Positions 26,018 through 32,245 of a DNA stretch of 32,245 nt are shown one piece after another. Where the stretch lies: NCBI GenBank assembly GCA_016218805.1, contig JACRCW010000054.1:1-32245 (forward strand), written 5' to 3'. The notes beneath the pieces were generated by a model that saw nothing but the letters and a program-made list of their open reading frames with translations, was not told the origin of the DNA and ran no database searches. The DNA comes from Deltaproteobacteria bacterium (GTDB lineage: Bacteria; Myxococcota; JACRCW01). The position numbers and the translations under genes were made by a program. The stretch's first letter is position 1. Each line of letters begins with the position of its first letter.

Positions 26018-26797
26018 ATGACGGACACGCTGCTCATCTCCACGTCCGACGGCATCCGCACCCTCACACTGAACCGCCCGGAGCGGCGCAACGCGCTGTC
26101 CGCGGAACTGCAGGCCGCGCTCCACGGGGCCCTGCGTGACGCGGCGGTGGACAGCGCAGTGCGCTGCGTGGTGCTCACCGGCACGGGTGACAAGGCCTTC
26201 TGCTCCGGCGGGGACCTGCAACAGATGGGCATGGAGGAGGGCTGGCTTGCCGTGCATGACGGGCGGTTCGGGTTTGCGGAGCTGCTGCTGGGAATGCTGG
26301 ATTTCAACAAGCCGCTGGTGGCGCGCGTGGGTGGCAACGTGCTGGCGGGGGGCGTGGGCCTGGTGCTGGCGTGTGACCTGGTGATTGCCGCGGATGACGT
26401 CACGGTGAGCACGCCGGAGCTCCAGCGCGGGCTGTTCCCCATGATGATCAGCGCGCTGATGGTCCGCGAACTGGGCCGCAAGCGCGCCACCGAACTCATC
26501 CTGCTGGGTGACAAGTGGAGCGCGCAGCAGGCGCGCGAGGCCGGCATGGTGAACTTCGTCGTCCCGCGCGCGGCGCTGGACGACAAGACCAGCGAAGTCG
26601 CCAGCAAACTGGCGGCGGCCAGCCCGGCGGTGATGGGCCTGGGCAAGAAGGCGTTGCGCGTCTCGTCGGAAATGGGCTTGCGTGAAGCGCTGGCGTTTCT
26701 GCATTCGCAGCTTTCCATCAACCTCATGACGGAGGACGCGATGGAGGGTATCGCCGCGTTTCTCGAGAAGCGGCCGCCCCAGTGGAAGGGCCGGTGA
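26018..26797 (+). CDS. Enoyl-CoA hydratase/isomerase (crotonase family)
   Basis: Start re-set to MTDTLLIS; LNRPERRNAL, FCSGGDL, LAGGVGLVLACD, EGIAAFLEKRPPQW. Confidence 0.92.
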   Translation: MTDTLLISTSDGIRTLTLNRPERRNALSAELQAALHGALRDAAVDSAVRCVVLTGTGDKAFCSGGDLQQMGMEEGWLAVHDGRFGFAELLLGMLDFNKPLVARVGGNVLAGGVGLVLACDLVIAADDVTVSTPELQRGLFPMMISALMVRELGRKRATELILLGDKWSAQQAREAGMVNFVVPRAALDDKTSEVASKLAAASPAVMGLGKKALRVSSEMGLREALAFLHSQLSINLMTEDAMEGIAAFLEKRPPQWKGR

Positions 26798-26807
26798 AGG
26801 AGCACGC

Positions 26808-27695
26808 ATGCACAAGTCCGCCGAAGCGATCATGAAGGACAAGGTTGTCATCACCTGTGCGGTCACCGGCGTGCTGGCAAACCGCAAGCAGTGCCCGTGG
26901 GTGCCCTATACGCCCGAGGAGATTGGCGAGGAGTGCCAGCGCGCGTACGAGGCCGGCGCCTCCGTCTGCCACATCCATGCGCGCGACCCGGACAGCGGTG
27001 GGCCCGCCTTTGGCCCCGCGATCTACCAGCGCATCCACGACGAGGTCCGCAAGCGTTCCCCGGTGCTGGTGAACTTCTCCACGGGGGCCATTGGGATGCC
27101 GGTGGAGGAGAAGATTGCGCACATTCCCGTGGTCCGGCCGGCCATTGCGGCGCTGAACATGGGGTCCATGAACTACGCCAAGTATTCTGAGAAGCGGAAG
27201 GACTTTGTGTTTGACCTCCTGTTTGCGAATCCCTTTGGGGAGATTGTGCACACGCTGCGCACGTTCCAGGAGCACCGTGTGAAGCCGGAGCTGGAGTGCT
27301 TTGACAGCGGGCACACCAACAGCATCTGGCCGCTGCTGGACCTGGGCGTCCTCACGCCGCCCCTGCAGTTCTCATTCATTCTCGGCGTGGTGGGCGGTAT
27401 CCCGGCCACCGCGGAGGCGCTGGCGTTCCAGAAGGCGCAGATCCCGGACCACAGCCAGTGGGAGGTGATTGGCATCAGCCATGAGCAGTGGTTGCTGGTG
27501 GCGGCGGCGTTGTCACTGGGCGGGAACGTGCGCGTGGGCCTGGAGGACAACTTCTACGTGGCACCGGGCGTGATGGCCAAGAGCAACGGCGAGCTGGTGG
27601 CCAAGGCAGCGCGCATGGCGCGTGACGTGGGACGGGAACCGGCCAGTGTGGCGGAAGCCCGGAAGATCCTGGGCATCCCTGACGACCGTTTCTGA
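26808..27695 (+). CDS. 3-keto-5-aminohexanoate cleavage enzyme family protein (BKACE/DUF849)
   Basis: VITCAVTG, PYTPEEI, HIHARD, NFSTG, LNMGSMN, VRVGLEDN; AAGGAG RBS (alternative start 26832). Confidence 0.92.
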   Translation: MHKSAEAIMKDKVVITCAVTGVLANRKQCPWVPYTPEEIGEECQRAYEAGASVCHIHARDPDSGGPAFGPAIYQRIHDEVRKRSPVLVNFSTGAIGMPVEEKIAHIPVVRPAIAALNMGSMNYAKYSEKRKDFVFDLLFANPFGEIVHTLRTFQEHRVKPELECFDSGHTNSIWPLLDLGVLTPPLQFSFILGVVGGIPATAEALAFQKAQIPDHSQWEVIGISHEQWLLVAAALSLGGNVRVGLEDNFYVAPGVMAKSNGELVAKAARMARDVGREPASVAEARKILGIPDDRF

Positions 27696-27741
27696 CCCCG
27701 TTGACAGCCCTTCCACGACGGGGCATGTGCCCCAGCCCGCC

Positions 27742-28437
27742 ATGATCGCCATTGCCGCCCTGCTCTGTGCCATCCCCGTTGCCGACGACGGCGCGCTGCC
27801 TCCCATTCCCGCGGAGCAGCGCCTGGCGGATGCGGACGCGCTGGCGGCGGCGATGAACCTGCAGGGTGCGGCGGGCGCGCTGGGCGCGCTGGCGGATGAC
27901 CCCACCGTTCCCCCCGCCCTTCGTGCCAAGGCGGCGCTGAAGCTGGGCCTGGTGGAGCAGCAGCGCGGGCTGCCGGACCGCGCGGTGCTGGCGTTCAAGG
28001 CGGCCCTGGCGCAGGACCCGTCCATCACGTTGCCGGCGCAGGCCGCTCCGGAAGCGGGCGCATTGTTCCAGCAGGCGCGCGGGGAGCTGGCCGCGTGGAA
28101 GCCGCCACCAGCGCCGCTGCCCGCCAAGGTGGTGCCCGTTTCTGATCCCGCGCTGGGGTGGATCCGCCCGACGAGCTACGCGGTGATTGGCGCGGGCGGC
28201 GTCATGCTGGTGGCGGGCGCGGTGGTGGCCATGGGCGGGTTTGTGCTGCGCGAGTACACCTTCCGCTTTGCCGCCGCGGACTACGCGCCCACGCTGACGC
28301 GCGCGCTGCTGCCGGTGGCGGTGGCGGCGGCGGCGCTGGTGCTGCTGGCCATCCCGACGGGGGGAACGGGCCTGGCGCTGTTCTTCCTCTCCGGCCGCGA
28401 CGGCCCGCTGCGCGACCGCACCACCGACACCGACTGA
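27742..28437 (+). CDS. Hypothetical membrane protein (TPR-like helix + C-terminal TM segments)
   Basis: Signal-like N-terminus, ALKLGLVE...AFKAALAQDP, two hydrophobic C-terminal helices. Confidence 0.6.
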   Translation: MIAIAALLCAIPVADDGALPPIPAEQRLADADALAAAMNLQGAAGALGALADDPTVPPALRAKAALKLGLVEQQRGLPDRAVLAFKAALAQDPSITLPAQAAPEAGALFQQARGELAAWKPPPAPLPAKVVPVSDPALGWIRPTSYAVIGAGGVMLVAGAVVAMGGFVLREYTFRFAAADYAPTLTRALLPVAVAAAALVLLAIPTGGTGLALFFLSGRDGPLRDRTTDTD

Positions 28438-28455
28438 CTGTTCACGGAGGCGTGC

Positions 28456-29808
28456 ATGTTCCAGAAGATCCTCGTCGCCAACCGCGGCGAAATCGCCCGG
28501 CGCGTGGTGCGCACCGCGCGGAGACTTGGCGTGAAGACCGTGGCCGTGCACTCGGACGCGGATGCCGGCGCACTGTTTGTGCGTGATGCGGACGAGGCCG
28601 TGCGCATTGGCCCGCCGCCGCCGCGGGAGAGCTACCTCAACGTGGCCGCCATCCTGGCCGCTGCCCGGGACACGGGCGCGCAGGCCATCCATCCCGGCTA
28701 CGGCTTCCTCTCCGAAAACGCTGCATTTGCCACGGAGGTGGCCCGCGCGGGGCTGGTGTTCATTGGCCCTCCCCCGTCCGCCATGAACGCGCTGGGAGAC
28801 AAGGTGGAGGCCAAGCGCAACGTGTCCGCCGTGGGCGTGCCGGTGGTGCCCGGGTTTGTGGGCGTCCTGGAGAATGAGGACCACGCCGTGGCGGAGGCCA
28901 ACCGGATCGGGTTTCCGGTGATGCTCAAGGCGTCCGCCGGTGGCGGCGGTATTGGCATGCACCGCTGCCGGTCTGAGGCGGACCTGCGCAAGAACTTTGG
29001 TGATGCGCGCAAGAAGGGCGAAATGTTCTTTGGGAAATCCCACGTATTCCTGGAGAAGCTCATTGACCGGCCGCGCCACGTGGAGGTGCAAATCATCGGC
29101 GATGCGGGCGGCACGGTCCACGCGCTGTCCGAACGCGAGTGCTCCATCCAGCGGCGGCACCAGAAGGTGCTGGAGGAGGCGCCCAGTCCCGTGGTGGATC
29201 CGCCCATGCGCGCGCGCATGCTGGAGGCGGCGCGCAAGGCCGGCGAGGCGGCCGGGTACCGCAACGCGGGCACGGTGGAGTTCATTGTTGACGGGAATAC
29301 GCGGGAGTTCTTCTTCCTTGAGGTGAACGCGCGGCTCCAGGTGGAACACCCGATTACCGAGGCGGTGATGGGAATTGATCTCGTGGAGGCGCAACTCCGC
29401 GTGGCCGCGGGCGAACCGCTGCCGTTTGACCCCGCGGCGTTGCGCATGGATGGCCACGCGATTGAAGCGCGCATCTGCGCGGAGGATCCGGATAAGCGGT
29501 TTGTCCCCAGCCCGGGCACCATCAGCGCGCTGTCCTTCCCATCCGGCGAGGGCATCCGCGTGGACACCGGCGTGGAGTCCGGCTCCGTGGTGACGCCGTA
29601 CTATGACAGCCTGCTGGCCAAGCTCATCTGCCACGGGAAGGACCGCGCGCAGGCGTGTGACCGCCTGGTGGCCGCGCTGCGCCAGTGCAAGGTGGAGGGA
29701 ATCAAGACCAACATCCCGCTGCTGGAAAAGGTCGTGGACAGCGAGGTGTTCCGCAGCGGCAAACTGCACACCGACCTGCTGGCCGAATCGTTCGGTCTGA
29801 AGTCATGA
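28456..29808 (+). CDS. Biotin carboxylase subunit of an acyl-CoA carboxylase (no fused BCCP)
   Basis: KILVANRGEIA, HPGYGFLSEN, GGGGIGM, RECSIQRRHQK, EVNARLQVEHP, YYDSLLAKL; 450 aa. Confidence 0.93.
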   Translation: MFQKILVANRGEIARRVVRTARRLGVKTVAVHSDADAGALFVRDADEAVRIGPPPPRESYLNVAAILAAARDTGAQAIHPGYGFLSENAAFATEVARAGLVFIGPPPSAMNALGDKVEAKRNVSAVGVPVVPGFVGVLENEDHAVAEANRIGFPVMLKASAGGGGIGMHRCRSEADLRKNFGDARKKGEMFFGKSHVFLEKLIDRPRHVEVQIIGDAGGTVHALSERECSIQRRHQKVLEEAPSPVVDPPMRARMLEAARKAGEAAGYRNAGTVEFIVDGNTREFFFLEVNARLQVEHPITEAVMGIDLVEAQLRVAAGEPLPFDPAALRMDGHAIEARICAEDPDKRFVPSPGTISALSFPSGEGIRVDTGVESGSVVTPYYDSLLAKLICHGKDRAQACDRLVAALRQCKVEGIKTNIPLLEKVVDSEVFRSGKLHTDLLAESFGLKS

Positions 29809-30680
29809 GGCACATCCCGTTTGTTCAATTGGACGTATTCACGCAGCGGCCGCTGGAGGGCAACCAGTTGGCGGTGTTCCCGGACGCGGGCTCGCTCACC
29901 GGGGACGACATGCAGGCGCTGGCCCGGGAGACCAACTTCTCCGAGACAACCTTCATCATCCCGCGCGGTGGCGACGTGGAAGGCCGCGCGGGCGTGCGGG
30001 TGCGCATCTTCACCGTGCAGCAGGAACTGCCCTTTGCCGGCCACCCCACGCTGGGCACCGCGTGGTTCCTGCACCGCCAGCGCAAGGTGGACCGCGTCAC
30101 GCTGGACCTGGGCGTGGGACCGGTGACGGTGGAATTCGGCGCGGATGGCGCGGGCGTGATGACGCAGAAGGACCCGGTGTTTGGTGCCACGCATGACCGG
30201 CGTGACGTGGCGCCGCTGGGTGGGCTTTCTGTGGACGACCTGCGCGACGATCTCCCGGTGCAGGCGGTGTCCACGGGCCTGCCGTTTGTGGTGGTGCCGG
30301 TTCGGACGGCACAGGCGCTGCGGCGCATGAAGCTGGATGCCACGCGGACGGACGCGTACCTGGCAGCGGCGGAGGCAAAGTTCCTCTACTGGATTGCGCT
30401 GGACGGCGGGGGACGGGACGGCGTGGACGCGCAGGCGCGCATGGTCTTCTACGGCGGCGAGGACCCGGCCACGGGCAGCGCCGCCGGGTGCGGCATCAGC
30501 CACCTGGTGCACCACGGCGCGGTTCCGTCAGGAAAGACAATCACCATCCTGCAGGGACTGGACGTGAAGCGGCCCAGCCTGGTGCGTACATCCGCGGAAC
30601 GGGTGATGGACGCGGTGTCGCGCGTGCGCGTGGGCGGTCACGTCGTGGAAGTGGCCCGCGGTGAGTACGCGGTCCCCTGA
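29805..30680 (+). CDS. PhzF family isomerase/epimerase
   Basis: ATGA overlap with the carboxylase; DVF...GNQLAV, NFSETTF, ELPFAGHPT, EDPATGSA. Confidence 0.92.
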   Translation: MRHIPFVQLDVFTQRPLEGNQLAVFPDAGSLTGDDMQALARETNFSETTFIIPRGGDVEGRAGVRVRIFTVQQELPFAGHPTLGTAWFLHRQRKVDRVTLDLGVGPVTVEFGADGAGVMTQKDPVFGATHDRRDVAPLGGLSVDDLRDDLPVQAVSTGLPFVVVPVRTAQALRRMKLDATRTDAYLAAAEAKFLYWIALDGGGRDGVDAQARMVFYGGEDPATGSAAGCGISHLVHHGAVPSGKTITILQGLDVKRPSLVRTSAERVMDAVSRVRVGGHVVEVARGEYAVP

Positions 30681-30712
30681 CACGCGCGACCCGTCGGCGA
30701 ATTGCCCTGGAT

Positions 30713-31471
30713 TCAGGGCGCAGGGTCGGGTGGAGGATTGGCGGGCTTTCGGCCAAGCGGGGCCCACAAGGCCAACCCGAGTCCGCCCACGAGACCGCCG
30801 ATGGGGAGCGCCAGCAACAGCGGGTTGTCCAGCGCGCACACGCCCAGGAGCGCCAGCCCCAGTGCCACCACCAACCCGCAGACCAGCCCAGACGCCCACC
30901 CGCCCACGACGTCACCGCGGTGCCTTCCACCGGGCGGCCTGCGGGAATGCATGGCCAGCCAGACGTTGCGCAGGGCAAGTGCGCCAAGAAACAGGAAGGC
31001 CCACGCCAACGGGCTGCTTCCTTCCAGTTCCACGGTGGCAGTTGCGCCGCAGGTGGTCCCGTCAGGCGCAGTCTCCGTGATGCGCACCGGTGCGCGCACG
31101 CCGCCCGCAAAACCGGAGAAGAAGTAGTGGTAGCTGCCCTGTGAACGCGTGGGCAGCGGCTTGCCGTCGTCACCCCAGGTGCGCAGCGCGATCTCGCCGA
31201 GCGGCGAGGGCAGCACGATGGTCGCCACACCCCGGCGCGGGCCGGCGGTGGGGCGCGCCACCACCCAGTGGATATCTCCCTCGGTGGGGATTGCCAGCGT
31301 TTCGGTGGATGCCAGCGCGTAGGACGTGGAGCCGATGCGGAGGTCCGCGCGGCATTCGCCGCTTAGGGACGCGCGCGTGGGCAGAGGCGCCAGGCACACA
31401 GCCAGCACCACGGTGGCAACGTGGCGCCATGCATTGAACGGGGTGGAGGGTAGCCTGTGCGGGGTGCGCAT
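30713..31471 (-). CDS. Hypothetical membrane protein
   Basis: Signal-like segment, beta-rich middle region, three C-terminal hydrophobic helices; exact start uncertain. Confidence 0.55.
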   Translation of the reverse strand: MRTPHRLPSTPFNAWRHVATVVLAVCLAPLPTRASLSGECRADLRIGSTSYALASTETLAIPTEGDIHWVVARPTAGPRRGVATIVLPSPLGEIALRTWGDDGKPLPTRSQGSYHYFFSGFAGGVRAPVRITETAPDGTTCGATATVELEGSSPLAWAFLFLGALALRNVWLAMHSRRPPGGRHRGDVVGGWASGLVCGLVVALGLALLGVCALDNPLLLALPIGGLVGGLGLALWAPLGRKPANPPPDPAP

Positions 31472-31494
31472 GAATGCCGTCCTATCCAGCCGGC

Positions 31495-32034
31495 TTACGG
31501 GGGAGGCACACCGCCAACATAGGCCCGGTACGTATAGGCCGTGATGGGCGTGGAGTGCAGGACCAGCGCGAGTTGCGCCGGGCCGGTCACGGCGTCACGG
31601 AAGCGCACGAACAGGTCCCCATCCCGCGTGAAGGACGGCGTGACGGCGACGCGGCTGCCGGGCTGCCATTCCACGGGTCCCTCCGTCTCCACGTTCACCT
31701 CACCCACAAAGCCCTCAATGACAACCGCGGGGGGCAGCGGGCGACCAGGCTGGTGGACGAAGAACACGGCAAGGTGACGCCCAGCCGGGAGAACCGCCGC
31801 GGCCATGTCCGAATTGTACGGATAGACATTGCCCAGGCAATCCACCGCGCACACGCCGTTGTAGGCTCTGGAACCACCGGTGCGACACGTCGCCTCGGGC
31901 GGCTGCAACTCGTCATAACCGCACCCCGCCGCCGTGTCGTCCGTCTTGGCGCCGCCGCTCCCGGGCCCGTCCGCGCAGCCCAGCGCCGACGCCATCAGTG
32001 CGGTGAAGACCATGGTGCGAAAGACGGGATTCAT
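31495..32034 (-). CDS. Hypothetical lipoprotein
   Basis: MNPVFRTMVFTALMASALGC lipobox-like start; four further Cys near the N-terminus. Confidence 0.6.
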   Translation of the reverse strand: MNPVFRTMVFTALMASALGCADGPGSGGAKTDDTAAGCGYDELQPPEATCRTGGSRAYNGVCAVDCLGNVYPYNSDMAAAVLPAGRHLAVFFVHQPGRPLPPAVVIEGFVGEVNVETEGPVEWQPGSRVAVTPSFTRDGDLFVRFRDAVTGPAQLALVLHSTPITAYTYRAYVGGVPPP

Positions 32035-32245
32035 CGGCAGCCCCCAGTGAAGGCGCCGGACGCTACGAGCGCGTGGGCGTGTTGGCAATGACCCGGGTCA
32101 GGCGGGGTGTGATCGCCCATGGTTGTGGTCCCTGGGGGTGGGGCAGCCACAGGATCCCAAAGAGCCGTTGTGGTGTGGCACAGCCGCCCCGGCTGTGCCG
32201 GTGCATGGCGACGTCACGGATGTCCCGCTGGCGTCCCGGCCGGGG

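Noticed and set aside
32177..32199. GGCACAGCCG/CGGCTGTGCC hairpin as a terminator
   Set aside because: The stem is real but has no U-tract, and its gene context lies outside the window

Overview
High-GC, gene-dense bacterial window, most likely from Myxococcota or a related deltaproteobacterium (inferred from gene content). From left to right it contains: the 5' end of a probable KTSC-domain gene; a minus-strand ether-lipid-type cluster resembling elbB-elbC-elbD-elbE, whose ElbD-like enzyme also carries a C-terminal SCP2 domain; a two-gene split RdgC; a SAM methyltransferase; a REPIN-like 29-bp inverted repeat; and an isolated nuoE-nuoF pair. Next is a SEC-C-motif gene followed by an ABC-type ATPase + TOPRIM-like (DUF3226-like) gene pair. 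That pair is bracketed by 48-bp direct repeats of the SEC-C-coding DNA and has a foreign TCGA-rich signature, making it the best candidate for an uncharacterised defence cassette. The right half has several secreted lipoproteins (Cys-rich repeat, Ser/Gly-linker with lamin-tail-like domain, CxxCH), an AAA_14/DUF4143 ATPase preceded by twin 37-bp palindromes, and an enoyl-CoA hydratase/BKACE/biotin carboxylase/PhzF operon. No rRNA, tRNA, CRISPR array, integrase or transposase was seen. All family calls come from motif recognition by eye, not from database searches.
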